DNA of 64,000 bases from Octopus sinensis (lineage: Eukaryota): the NCBI RefSeq assembly GCF_006345805.1, contig NC_043019.1, positions 14,135,360 to 14,199,359 on the forward strand. The letters are read 5' to 3'. Positions 11,282-24,916 of the stretch are shown here, in pieces. The translations under genes were made by a program, and so were the position numbers. The notes under the pieces were generated by a model. The model searched no databases. It worked only from the letters and a program-made list of their open reading frames with translations, and was not told the DNA's origin. Within the stretch, counting starts at the first letter, position 1. Each line of letters starts with the position of its first letter.

Positions 11282-12980
11282 AGCATTGTTACATTCTCCA
11301 TCACTTGACAGCCACTGTTGATTCGTTAATGTCCTTGTAACTTAGTGCTTCAAGCAAAAGAGATCAATAGAATAAATACTGGACTTAAAATAAGTACTGG
11401 GATTGATTTATGCAAATAAGTCTTTCCAGGCAGTGCTCCAGCATTGTCACAGTACAGTGACTGAAACAAGTAAAAGAATAAAAAAAATATAAATAAAACC
11501 ACTCATGGGCATTGAACCATGCATTCATTGTAGTTCAGTCATTTGGGTTATCCATTGCACCAGAGTGCTTCCTGCACATTTTATCCACCTAAATTAGAGC
11601 TTTTAAGTATCATTACTGAGGCTATTTATCCTTGCCAAACATAAAAATCCTTGATATTTTCATAACGTTTAGCCCTAAGGTGTAATAGAGAGATCATTTT
11701 ATGTTTCATTTAACATAGTTTGCACGAGTGAAATTCTCCATGCCTTTATGACAGATGCACATTTCAACTCCTATGGGAAGTTCTATGCATATTTTATTTA
11801 TTTCTATTTTGAAGTTTTCTGCCTAAGTAAATTTATGGTAATTGTGTTAAAATAAAATGCCATCTATGAAGTAGGTGTGATCTGTATCTGCTTCTGTTTA
11901 CATTCAAAACTCTGTGACAAAGAACGGCAGTGATCTACTCGTAATAAAATTCACTACAACCAATCAATATTTATGATCAGATTTGTGAGAAATCACAAAT
12001 AAACAAATAATGGATTAGCTCATTAACTGATATTCTCATTTTCCTCCCCCTCTCTCCTTTTTGATACTTTAACGATTTTGTTTTAAACTGTTTCTTTGTC
12101 TCTTTCTAACCCCCCCCCCACTTATTTTATTTTATTTCAATAATTTGAAGTGTTGTGTGTAAAACACTCACACAGCGCACAAAATAAAAAAAAAAAACAG
12201 AAGAATCCTTATAAAGAAAATAAAATGGCAAAGTGAAAGTAGAATTAAAAAACAAAAAAACACTGCTAGTTTAAAACATGGCGAGATGCAAATGTAAGTG
12301 AGAAGTGTTTCATCTCAGGGAAAGTATTTAACAGAAGTTTTGATCTGTATAAATAGTTGAAGAATTGATCAGGCGTTAGGATAACTTTGTGCTGTCTGAT
12401 GTAGGAAATAAGACGATGAAGACGACGAGGATGAGGAGCAAGCCTTCGAGAAATGCATTTGACTGTATATTTATTCATAATCCATCGATTTATTTGGGGT
12501 TTTATTTTTTCATTATATTTTTTAAGCATTATATATAAATTGCGAGAGAGGTGTAGTGGTGGAAGCTGTGCTATAACGAGAACCAGATATTGATGTTATA
12601 TTTTCAACGAGTTATAAATAAAAATACAACACAACACACCAAAAAAAAAACCCCAAAACCAAACAAAAACCTCCCCCCACATACACGCACACACACATAC
12701 TTCTAATCTTCAGTTTTATTCACATATTTATAAGAGAAGAAGCAAAGTAAATCACCAGTGACAATATGCCAAGAAGATGGAGAGAGAAGCGGACGGTATA
12801 CAAGATGATACACCAAATGATTTTCTGCATGCTTCACTGAATTAAGCAAATCAGATTATGGAAAATGATTTCAAAGACTCCACTCCATTCCCTCGCCACC
12901 CACCACATGATTGTGGCCAATTTTTTTATTTAAGTTTTTTATTAGATTAACTCCTAAAGCTATTACAATCATCTTAGAAC

Positions 12981-13025
<45 letters not shown>

Positions 13026-13039
13026 GTTATTATTATTAT

Positions 13040-13285
13040 TAAGGTGGTGAGCTAGTGGAATCGTTAGCATGTTGGACAAAAATACTTAGTGGCATTTCTT
13101 CCAGCTCTTTATGTTCCAAGTTCAAGTGCCACTGAGGTCAATTTTGCCTTTCATCCTTTCAGGGGTCAATGAAATAAGTACCAGTTATGCACTGGGGTCA
13201 ACGTAATTGATTTATTCCTTCCCCTGAAATTGCTGGCCTTGTATGAAAACTTGAAACCATTATTACTACTACTATTATTATTATT
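13040..13285 (+). mobile_element. SINE-B2 between (TAT)n tracts
   Basis: Head, central motif and aaattgctggccttg tail. Confidence 0.7.
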
Positions 13286-13850
13286 ATTATTCTATTTCAT
13301 CTGTCTTCACATTCTTAGTTCAAATGCCACCAGGGATGACTTTGCCTTTCATCCTTTCGGGGTTATTAAGTACCAGTTATGCACTGGGGTCGATGCAGTT
13401 GAATTCATTTGACTAAAAAATTCATCATGGTTGTGCTGTAGCCTGGCCGCAGTCCAATGATTGAAATAAGTTAAAAGATAAAAAAAAAAAATTAGGATTC
13501 ACTGCTAATAACTATTTCCTACATAAAAAACATTTTATTCTCTCTCTTTTTCTCTCTCTCTCTCTCTGTCTAACACACAAAAGAAAATATTTTTAGAATC
13601 AATTTTTTTATTTTAGAATTATTTATCTTCACCGTTAATGGTTAAGAGCTTTTATTTGTTTCCACCGATTCTGTTTTTGTTGTTCAGGTTTGTATTATTT
13701 GTCAGTGATTGTTTTAGATGGCTTCCCTACCTAATTTCTGTCTTTATTATTATCATTTTTTAACGACTATTATCAATTTTATTTGTTACTCTGTGTCTAT
13801 TGTGATATTTCATTCTTTAGTCAATTCCTAAAATACATAAGTATATAAAG

Positions 13851-14620
13851 CATCATCATCATCGTCAGCATCTGGTTTCCATGCTGGCATAGGTTGGATG
13901 GCTTGACTGGAAATGGTAAACCAGATGGCTGCATCAGGCTCCAGTTCTTTTGACTTGGTTTCTACTGCTGGATGCCCTTCCTGATGCCAACCATTCCACA
14001 AAGTGTACCAGGTGCCTGTTATGTGTCACCAGCACTGTCACAGATATGACCACTCTACTGAAGCACAGCAAATCACCAAAAGTCTTGGTCACTTGTCATT
14101 GCCACTCTGAGACTCGATATCTGAAGACCATGCTTCAGCACTTGCCCTACATCTTCATGGGTCTACTTCTTCCACAGGTTCCTTTCACAGTTAGAGCTCA
14201 GCACTTCTTTATGCAGTTGTCTTCATCCATATACATAACATGATCATACTAGTACAATCTATTCTCTTGCACACCACATCTGATGCCTCATATGCCCAGT
14301 CTTTCTCTTAGGACCCTTACTTTGTTGTATGTGCACACTGACATTGCACATCCTGCAAAGTATACTAGCTTCCTTTCTTTCAAACATTTCCATGTATTCT
14401 GCAGTCACAACCTGTGTTTCACCACTGTGTAGCATGGCTGTTCACACACAGACATCATACAATCTGCCTTTCATTCTGAGGGAGAATCCATCAGAGTGCT
14501 ACAAACAAAGGTATCACCTCTTTGAACTCCGGCCATCCCATTCTTATTCTAGTAGTAAATACATAGTGGGTTTTTCAATCCACCTCTCTGCTTTGTCAAT
14601 GAACGAACAATCCTAACCTT
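13851..14620 (-). mobile_element. RTE-clade LINE 3' remnant
   Basis: Colinear with 293-1180 (gtcttggtcac...ttctcttgcacaccac...cacactgacattgca) and has the same (CAT)n-ended 3' UTR. Confidence 0.75.
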
Positions 14621-14669
14621 GTATTAACTCTTTAATATTTAAACCAACCGTATCCAATGAAAATGGTGA

Positions 14670-15275
14670 AGGCCCACAGGAATATTCAGCTTGGGATCAT
14701 AAGGTTGTGAGTTCAATTCCTGGTGGCCTCAAGCAAGACACTTTATTTCATGTTATTCCCAGTCCACTCTACTCAGGTACCAAAACTGGGTTGTACCCAT
14801 AATTCAAATATTCTGCTTAATACCAAAGATTTGCTTGTCAGTTGTTTGACCTTAACCAGTTGAGCAAATCCCTTGGTGGTTGACAGTATGTGCATCTCTG
14901 ATCATGAGCAGGAGTTGTGGGGAAGATTATAGCTCTGTATTGAGAGGGGTTCTTTGGGGTTTGAATAATTCACCTTTGGAAACATGGGTGTTTCATTCAA
15001 CATCCTAAAACAATCCTTATTCAGGGACTTTTTGAGCAGGATGGGCTACTCGACTAGAAGAAAATTCTAACTGGGACCCACCTGCAAGGTAACGCGCTGT
15101 TAATCTTGATATGAGATCACCATGTTGCGCATATATGGTTGTGATGCATGTGCCTGGTGTACCCTTATCAGATGAGTAGTCATGATGGGCATATTGGGCT
15201 TCGTATATTTGTACCCCAGCGTCACTTTGATTGCATGCACTGCTCTCTCATTCAATAATAATAATAATAATAATG
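14670..15275 (+). mobile_element. Long tRNA-headed non-autonomous retroelement with (AAT)n tail
   Basis: B-box-like gagttcaattcc and gcaagacactttatttc shared with 25445-25775; ends ctctcattcaataataat. Confidence 0.45.
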
Positions 15276-15779
15276 AAATGACCAAGTAAATGTTACTTCT
15301 CTTTAATGGTATTCCTTATTGACTTTCAACTGAAAGTATTATTGTCAAACTAGAAGGCTTTTCATTCGTTAATGATTTGTTTAATGGCATCGTTGTAGGA
15401 GTAGCTGTACTGTGTGCGAGAAAGCGTAGGAGTATGCATATGTGTGTGTATGTGTAGGAGTGCGAAAGTGAGAGCGAGAGAGAGGAAGAGAGAGCTAAGT
15501 TTGAGTGTGTGTGTATATGTAAGTTGGAGCTAGATTATTGGAGAGGCCTGTGTGTATGTGGAGGGTGCTAGGTCAATGAGGAGAAGTATGAGAGAGAGAA
15601 CTGTGTGAACAATTTTGAAGTTGTTGCCAAACAATTCCAATAGCTGTCTTGTCTTCATGCCTACTCTGCCTGTTAATATATTGATGTCTTTGGTTTCTTC
15701 CGTTTGCTCTATTCTTTGTCTTGTCTTTTAGAAAGTGTTTGCTGTTGATTTTAGATGTACTACTGATAAACAACTCCGT

Positions 15780-15968
15780 CACTGCCACTACAGCTGCTAT
15801 CACCCTCCCCATCATCATCATCATCATTACTACCATCATCATCATAATCATCACTATCATCACCGTTGTCGTTATCATCATCACCAATTCCAGCAACACC
15901 GTTAATAAGTCTTCATCATCATCACTGACACCACCACCACCATCATCGTCGTCGTCATCATCATCATT
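15780..15968. repeat. (CAT/CAC)n cryptic trinucleotide repeat
   Basis: Direct reading. Confidence 0.85.
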
Positions 15969-16207
15969 ATGTATGTATGAATATGTAAATGCATGTGCAT
16001 TTGCATACTAGCATATATGCATGTACAGGTTGCTTTTGACAATTATGTGTACATATAGGTGCATGTCTATACACACACACACACACACATTCATTCATTC
16101 ATTCATTCATGTGTTTAAGAGTAATATGTATGTGTATATATACATTATTTACACATGCATACAAGCATGAATTCATATATGTGTGTGTTTCTACAATTAT
16201 ATGTACT

Positions 16208-16240
<33 letters not shown>

Positions 16241-16241
16241 T

Positions 16242-16317
<76 letters not shown>

Positions 16318-17311
16318 TACGTACATATTCATTTGTTTAAGAGTATATATATGTATATATGTATGTGTATATATCCATTGTTCACGCATGTAGTTACTAA
16401 TTTAATTTTCTGTACTGATATAATTCTATCAATATGTGCATGTATAACTGCTTATGCATGTTGTGTGTGTGTATTGTTTTACTTCTTCCAACCATTGAAC
16501 TGTGGTCATGTTGCGACATCACCATGGATGTGTGTGTGAGTGAATAAATGCATGCAAATGTATGTATGTATGTATATATATATTTATATATGGATACATA
16601 CATAAGGAGTTTAACTTAGGGTTATAACTTCTTAATTAGAATGTTGGCTTACCATTTACTGAATCAACATTTTTAGATATTAACAACTTTATGCCCTTTG
16701 TCTCTCTCAAAGAAACATATCCTAATGTAATAGTATATCCTGTCAAATACAAAACTGCAGTTGGTCTTTTCGTATTCTCACTAAAGGAAATTCATATTAA
16801 CGTTCTTGATGTTGCTCATAGAGTATAGCTTTTAACTTGTCACACATCTTTCTAAAGCTGTAGGATTTCCAAATCTTATCTTACAAACTTCCTATTCTTC
16901 ATCTCCAAACTTCTATTATTTATAACTCTTACAGGCATTGCTACTTATTTTGTTTTCCCATACTGCATGTCTTTTCTTTTCCACAAGGTCTCCAGCACTT
17001 TCTGCAAATGTTTACAGGTTATATAACACCATAAGTATGTCAGCTAATTCCCAAACTATCCCTGCCGGTCGTTTGTCTCCATGCTATTCCATTGTGTCCA
17101 TGTCAACTAATTGTGTCTATGTCAGTTGTTTGTTACTGCCTCTGTCATTCAGATTGTTCTCTTAGCTTGTTGTTTTAAAGTATTATATTAGACAAAACTT
17201 CTTTTATTACCCATTAATCAAGTGATTCGACTGTATGGAATATTAGGAGTCACACGCTTATTGTCAAATCTGTACTACCTAATGGTGATTATATAGAGAT
17301 TATATATACAT

Positions 17312-17545
17312 AAGGCGGCGAGCTGGCAGAGATGTTAGCATGCCGGGTGAAGTGCTTAGCAGTATTTTGCCCGTTGCTACGTTCTGAGTTCAAATTCTGC
17401 CTAGGTTGACTTTGCCTTTCATCCTTTTGGGGTCGATAAATTAAGTACCAGTTACGCACTGGGGTCGATGTAATCGACTTAATCCGTTTGTCTGTCCTTG
17501 TTTGTCCCCTCTATGTTTAGCCCCTTGTGGGCAATAAAGAAATAA
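17312..17545 (+). mobile_element. SINE-B monomer, followed by a SINE-A 3' module (to ~17760)
   Basis: Full aaggcggcgagctggcaga...aaagaaata unit. Confidence 0.85.
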
Positions 17546-17779
17546 AAAAGGGTTTGTCCCCCCAACATCGCTTGCCAACCGATGCTGGTGTGTTTATGTC
17601 CCCGTAACTTAGCGGTTCGGCAAGAGAGACCGATAGAATAAGTACTAGGCTTACAAAGAATAAGTCCTGGGGCCGATTTGCTTGACTAAAGGCAGTGCTC
17701 TAGCATGGGTGCAGTCAAATGACTGAAAAAAGTAAAGGAGTAAAGAGAAAAAGTAAGAGTATATATATATATATATATA

Positions 17780-18262
17780 TCATCATCATCGTCGTTTAAC
17801 GTCCGCTTTCCATGCTAACATGGGTTGGACGGTTCAACTGGGGTCTGGGAAGCCCGAAGGCTGCACCAGGCCAGTCAGATCTGGCAGTGTTTCTACAGCT
17901 GGATACCCTTCCTAACGCCAGCCACTCCGTGAGTGTAGTGGGTGCTTTTTATGTGCCACTGACACAGGTGCCAGACGAGGCTGGCGAACGGCCACGCTCG
18001 GATGGTGTTTTTTTTATGTGCCACGGACACAGGTGCCATATATCCTATGTATGTATTTGTGTGTCTGTATTTGTCCCTCCACCTTCAATTGACAACCGAT
18101 GCTGGTGTGTTTATGTCCCCCGTAACTTAGCGGTTCGGCAAGAGAGACCGATAGAATAAGTACTAGGCTTACAAAGAATAAGTCCTGAGAGGTCGATTTG
18201 CTCGACTAAAGGCGGTGCTCCAGCATGGCCGCAGTCAAATGACTGTAAAAGAGTAAAAGAGT
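17780..18262. mobile_element. RTE 3'-UTR fragment (-) followed by a SINE-A 3' module (+)
   Basis: catcatcatcgtcgtttaacgtccgctttccatgc...; then tttgtccctcc...gtaaaagagta. Confidence 0.75.
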
Positions 18263-19154
18263 ATATGATATATTTAATATAATATAATGATTGATTTCTC
18301 TTAAGTAGAACTCAAGACCATTTTGAAACTTGTCTTCCTGACACCAATATTTGGTTATATCTAAAATAATAACTGACTGAAGAGTCTGCAACATAAAAAG
18401 ATGTTATTAAGAATCAATGTTTTATCAATCTGTTTGTTTTCACTCTTTTTTCTTTTTTCTTCTTCCTCTCCATAAATATTAAATAAATCATTCTAAAATT
18501 TAAAAGATCTTTCAGTACTAAACTTAGGCTTAAACAGCGATTAATAATCTGATCGAAGATAATATTGAGGTATCAAATACATTGACTTATATAATCAAAG
18601 CCAGACCTCCACAATGAGAATGAATTATTAAAGTTGGAAAAATGTTTAAGATAACTTATTAATGTTTTATCTAGCCATAAACAAATATTGTTTGTTCATT
18701 TTACTCATTGAGAAAGAGTAAACTCCACGTTTTTTAGATAAAACAGTTACTGCTACTGCCAGTGGTGGTGGTACTGATTTTTGTTTCTGATCTTTTTTGT
18801 CAATAGAAATGAATTGTATGTCTGTATATGAATGACCTTGGAAGTCACAATAAACCATTGTCTATCCACGTGAAAAATACACTGTTAAAAGCATGATATT
18901 ACAGGCAAATGTTTGGTTATTATGCAACCATAGTTACCACACATTTACATTGTTTAAAGACTGTATCAAAAAGGCTGGGCTGCTCTTTCTTGTTCAAAGT
19001 AAATCCTCTCTCTGGGGTATCTCTAGAAAAGAGTTCGCTTCCTTGAATGTCTTCTGTTGCATGGCCTAATTCGAGGGTGCCCACAAAAGCAATGTTAACA
19101 TAACACCTATCTTCTCTCAATCAATCCATCATTATTTTGTATTTTCCTGTGAAG

Positions 19155-19375
19155 GCACATGGCCTAGTGGTTAGAGCGTTACATTTAAATATATCATGAG
19201 ATTGTGGTTTCAAATCCTAGAGTGAGTTGTGTATTGTGTTCTACAGTGAAATACTTCATTTCATGTTGCTTCAATCCATTCAGTTGTAAATGAATTCCAG
19301 TAACAGCTGGAATTTACTTACAACTGTTAGGTGTCCAGTGATGGACAAGCACCCCATTCATGGAGGAGTGTTGTA
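19155..19375 (+). mobile_element. Degenerate tRNA-headed SINE (V-type-like)
   Basis: tggcctagtggttaga A-box and ggtttcaaatcc B-box, then gtgatggacaagcacccc resembling 45663-45688. Confidence 0.5.
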
Positions 19376-19686
19376 TATATGCATGTATGTATGTATATAT
19401 ATATATGCATATGTATGTACATGTTTGTGCCTGTATGTATATGTAATATGTATATATATATATACAACTGTATGTGCGTGTATATATATATATATATATA
19501 TTTGTGTGTGTATATATATATGTGTATATATATATTTGTTTGTGTGTGTATATATATATGTGTGTATATATATATTTGTGTGTGTGTATATATATATGTG
19601 TGTATATATATTTGTGTGTGTGTGTATATATATATGTGTGTATATATATTTGTGTGTGTGTGTGTATATATGTGTGTATATATATT

Positions 19687-19719
<33 letters not shown>

Positions 19720-19832
19720 GTGTGTATATTTATTTGTATGTGTATGTATACATATATATATGCATGTATATTTATTTGCATGTGTGTGTGTGTATATATA
19801 TATATATTATATATATATCATCATCATCATCA
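19375..19832. repeat. (TA)/(TG) compound microsatellite
   Basis: Direct reading. Confidence 0.95.
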
Positions 19833-20157
19833 TTTAATGTCTGTTTCCCATGCTAGTATGGGTTGGACGGTTTTGACTGAGGGCTGACAACCAGATGGCT
19901 GCACCAGGCTCCAGTCTTGATCTGGCAGAGTTTCTACAGCTGGATGCCCTTCCTAACGCCAACCACTCCGAGAGTGTAGTGGGTGCTTTTTACGTGCCAC
20001 CTGCACATATATAAATATATATGTATATAAATATATTTCTGTATATATGTATTTAAATGTGTATATTTGTGTGTGTATAGATATGTATGTTTGCAAATAA
20101 ATGCATATGTATAGATATGTATATTTGCATATAGCTTTATATGTATGCATGCATATT

Positions 20158-20380
20158 CACTCTTTACTCTTTTCTCTTTTACTTGTTTCAGTCATTTGAC
20201 TGCGGCCATGCTGGAGCACCGCCTTTAGTCGAGCAAATCGACCCTGGGACTTATTCTTTGTAAGCCCAGTACTTATTCTATCGGTCTCTTTTGCCGAACC
20301 GCTCAGTGACGGGGACGTAAACACACCAGCATTGGTTGTCAAGCAATGCTAGGGGGACAAACACAGACACACAAATACAC

Positions 20381-20449
<69 letters not shown>

Positions 20450-20625
20450 CATACATACATACGACAGGCTTCTTTCAGTTTCCGTCTACCAAATCCACTC
20501 ACAAGGCATTGGTCGGCCCGGGGCTATAGCAGAAGACACTTGCCCAAGATGCCACGCAGTGGGACTGAACCTGGAACCATGTGGTTGGTTAGCAAGCTAC
20601 TTACCACACAGCCACTCCTGCACCT
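20158..20625 (-). mobile_element. SINE-A, near full length
   Basis: Complete reverse-complement copy with internal (TA)n. Confidence 0.9.
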
Positions 20626-20921
20626 ATTCACGTATCTATATTTGAAAAAAAATGAATAGAAATGATTTTTTTGACAATTTTTCCACTTTAAGAATTAGAT
20701 GCTTATAACTTCACCTAATAACTTATAAACATCCAATAATCAAAGCGGAAAAATGATCAGAAAAGCCAATTCTATTCATTTTGTTTTTTTTTTTTTAAAA
20801 TACAATATTGTACCAAGAACTTTCCATTTCTTATTCTACTATGTATGTATGTATGTATGTATGTATGTATGTATATATGTGTATGTGTTTATTTATGTTT
20901 GTATATATGTTATATATAAAC

Positions 20922-20952
<31 letters not shown>

Positions 20953-22243
20953 ATATATATATTGGCCTGCTCGCTTAGCCAACAGGGTGGCGTCATTGGA
21001 AGGCTAAAAAACAATGTGAAGTGCATTGTGACCAGCGATGTGTAGCAACATCTGATAGCCTGGTCGGTCACGGTGATATATATATATATATATGTATTGA
21101 TAGGATGGGCACATTAAAATGCTGATTAGTCATCTACCTCTCCATTCTAGTTCTACCAATAACTAACTATTCACCAATAAACTAATATTGGCGGCAGCAA
21201 CAGCAGGAACAAAGTAATTTAGGAGTATGGTCCGTATGTTATGCCTTCTGACTCTGCAATAAACATTCTTTTCTCTCTCTCTCTCTCTCTGTATTCAGTT
21301 GTTTTGCTCAAATTTCCTCTCTGACTGAACTGCAGTTAGCTTCCAGTCTAGCATGAGGTAGGTAGGTTAGTCTTAAACAAAACCATTCCAGTTTTCAAAG
21401 CAGATATTTAAACATGTAAACTAGCAAAAAAAACCATCTATCTAGCAGATGAGAAGAAAACAAGCATAAATTGAAGCTTTTCATCAAATTGTTTATCTCT
21501 GCTTATTTACTTCCAAAAGATAGTTTTTCCATTAAAGTTTATTTTTTGGGAGGTTTATTTTTTTTCCATTTATTTTTGGGTTTTTTTTTATATTTATGTT
21601 TTCTATACATACCATAGTTAGATAAATGTAATTCTTTTGTTTTTTAGGTTTCTTTTTGTTTTTTTGCAAAAAAAAAAAAAATAACAAAACGAAACAAAAA
21701 AAAAAAAAAATCCCAAAGAATCTCAGAACTGTTAAATTGGTATTAATATGTCAAATGTGATTTATTTCTCAGACACTATTACAGTTCATTCAACCGACAA
21801 ACAGTTTCGCTATTGCCAAAACAGCAATGAGGATGGATAGATTATTCTTGTATATCTATACATTCTCAGTTATTGATTAGTCCATGAGCTGACAGATTTA
21901 CTGAGGAGGGAAGCTGCATGTTTTAATGTTCATAGAATTTTTATTTTTTTACTAACAAAGAGAAAATAGTATTTTATTTTATTTTATTTTTTGTCTTTTT
22001 TTTTTGTATTATTCTATGACATCATTTTCCATTCATTTTCTGTGGCCTTCCATCAAATAGAGTAGTTAACGTTTACCTCTCTACCTCCCCCCACTCACTG
22101 TTTTATTTTTTTTTTAAATTTGGGGGGTGGGGGAGGAGTAATTATAATTTACTGTTCAATTTAAAGCAATGGCTCTCCATGTGATTGGGGACCATATGTG
22201 GCATTGTATTCCAACCAAAAATCCAAGCATGAACTCCATACCT

Positions 22244-23017
22244 ATTTCTTTATTACCCACAAGGGGCTAAACACAGAGGGGACAAACAAGGACAGACAAA
22301 CGGATTAAGTCGATTATATTGACCTCAGTACGTAACTGGTACTTAATTTATCGACTCTGAAAGGATGAAAGGCCAAGTCGACCTCGGCGGAATTTGAATT
22401 CAGAACTTAAAGACAGATGAAATACCTATTTCTTTACTACCCACAAGGGGATAAACACAGAGGGGGCAAACAAGGATAGACAAACGGATTAAGTCGATTA
22501 TATCGACCCCAGTACGTAACTGGTACTTAATTTATCGACTCTGAAAGGACGAAAGGCAAAGTCGACCTCGGCGGAATTTGAACTCAGAATGTAACGGCAG
22601 ACGAAATACCTATTTCTTTACTACCCACAAGGGGTTAACACAGAGAGGACAAATGGATTAAGTCGATTACATCGACCCCAGTACGTAACTGGTACTTAAT
22701 TTATCGACTCTGAAAGGATGAAAGGCAAAGTCGACCTCGGTGGAATTTGAACTCAGAACGTAGTGACAGACGAAATACCTATTTCTTTACTACCCACAAG
22801 GGGGCTAAACACCGAGGGGGACAAACAAGGACAGACAAACGGATTAAGTCGATTATATTGACCTCAGTACGTAACTGGTACTTATTTAATCGACCTTGAA
22901 AGGATAAAAGGCAAAGTCGACCTCGGTGGAATTTGAACTCAGAACGTAACAGCAGACAAAATACCGTTAAGCATTTCGCCCGGTGTGCTAACGATTCTGC
23001 CAGCTGGCTGCCTTAAC
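22244..23017 (-). mobile_element. SINE-B tetramer (one head + four bodies) in one TSD pair
   Basis: Units joined at gaaatacctatttc (~22420, 22605, 22775); TSD gaactcc(a/t)tacct at 22231-43 and 23018-30. Confidence 0.85.
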
Positions 23018-23343
23018 GAACTCCTTACCTCAACAATGAATGATGGCTATGAGCCCCACACTGTCTGACGTGCTTGTTCCCCCAGTGTGGCAATTTGTCA
23101 AATTTGCAACCCAGATTTTTGGGCCGCAGACAGAAGCATTAATTTGCTTGCTGGATCGTTAGTGCTGACTGTTGGATGAGTTCGGTGAGCTCGTTGGTCA
23201 GAGCTGGTTCAACCCATCCCAGATGAATATCACCGCATATACAAGTTCAGTGGTTCTTAACCCTTTATTTGCTAATGGACCCTTTTGATTCCTGTTTTAC
23301 TCTACTGGACCCTCATACCCATTCGGTGTTTAAAAAATCCTAT

Positions 23344-23720
23344 AGCGCAGAAGTGGCTGTGTGGTAAGTAGCTTGCTTACCAACCACATGGTCCCGGGTT
23401 CAGTCCCACTGCGTGGCACCTTGGGCAAGTGTCTTCTACTATAGCCTCAGGCCAACCAAAGCCTTGTGAGTGGATTTGGTAGACGGAAACTGAAAGAAGC
23501 CCGTTGTATATATATATATGTGTGTTTGTGTTTGTTCCTCCGACATCGCTTGACAACCGATGCTGATGTGTTTACGTACCCGTAACTTAGCAGTTCGGCA
23601 AAAGAGATTGATAGAATAAGTACTAGGCTTACAAAGAATAAGCTCTGGGGTGGATTTGCTTGACTATAAAGGTGGTGCTCCAGCATGGCCACAGTTAAAT
23701 GACTGAAGCAAGTAAAAGAG
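23344..23720 (+). mobile_element. SINE-A
   Basis: Full head, 3' module and tail. Confidence 0.9.
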
Positions 23721-23829
23721 TATATTTTTATAATTAAATATCATTAAGAATTGTGTAGAAAAATTGTTAAAATACCTTGTGTATCGTAGAAGTATGACCG
23801 ATTTATTTATCTGATTTTTTGCTGGGGAA

Positions 23830-24165
23830 CCACCCTGAAGAGTTTTTGGTTGAATGAATTGACCCCAGTATTTATTACTCTTCTATTTTAAGCCTAGTAC
23901 TTATCCTATTGGACCTTTTTGCCAAACTGCTAAGTTACAAGGACGTAAACACACCAACACTGATTGTCAAGTGGGGAGGGGGACACGGACACACACATAC
24001 ACACACACAACAGGCTTCTTTCAGTTTCTGTCTGCCAGATCCACTCACAAGGCTTTGGTCGGTCTGAGATATTGTAGAAAACACTTTCCCAAGGTACCAC
24101 ACAGTAGGACAGCACCCAGAATCACGTGGTTGGTAAGCAAGCTTCTTACCACACAACCACACCTA
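23830..24165 (-). mobile_element. SINE-A, degenerate
   Basis: Reverse-complement head and part of the 3' module. Confidence 0.75.
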
Positions 24166-24524
24166 AACTTCAACAAAATAATTTTTAATGCACCCCCCCC
24201 CTTCCCAAGGTTTATATTGACCCTAATTGAGGACCATTGATTCAAGGCGTTTGTAGAGCTTGGATCCAGTTGATGTTTACTCGTCTGTATTATATTTTAG
24301 AAAAATATATTTTTTTTGTTCCACTCTTCATTTGTACTTATCAACCCATACGAGACCATCCCTGGTTTTATGATATAAGCTTCCTCTTTTAAAATGATCT
24401 AATTTTAAACCTCCCATTAAAATTCCGTGTTAATTTATGGTCTCAAAACCAGCTCAATAACGACAGTTGTTTCATTAAATTCTTCATTATTTTCAGAATT
24501 AATTAAAAATAGCGGCAATATGTA

Positions 24525-24916
24525 GGCGCAGGAGTGGCTGTGTGGTAAGTAGCTTGCTAACCAACCACATGGTTCCAGGTTCAGTCCCACTGCATGGCAT
24601 CTTGGGCAAGTGTCTTCTGTTATAGCCCCGGGCCGACCAATGCCTTGTGAGTGGATTTGGTAGATGGAAACTGAAAGAAGCCCATCGTATATATGTATGT
24701 GTGTGTGTGTGTGTTTGTGTTTGTCTCCCTAGCATTGCTTGACAACCGATGCTGGTGTGTTTACATTCCCGTCACTTAGCTGTTCGGCAAAAGAGGTCAA
24801 TAGAATAAGTACTGGGCTTACAAAAGAATAAGTCCCGGGGTCGAGTTGCTCGACTAAAGGCGGTGCTCCAGCATGGCCGCAGTCAAATGACTGAAACAAG
24901 TAAAAGAGTAAAGAGT
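24525..24916 (+). mobile_element. SINE-A
   Basis: Full copy. Confidence 0.9.

Noticed and set aside
22244-23017. Regularly spaced direct repeats resembling a CRISPR-like array (also 55696-56180)
   Set aside because: The units are whole SINE bodies or minisatellite units with no unique spacers; the context is eukaryotic with no cas genes.
23248-24239. Possible larger hAT-like MITE split by two SINEs
   Set aside because: The left end cagtggttcttaac is clear, but the right end is degenerate and the flanks give no TSD.
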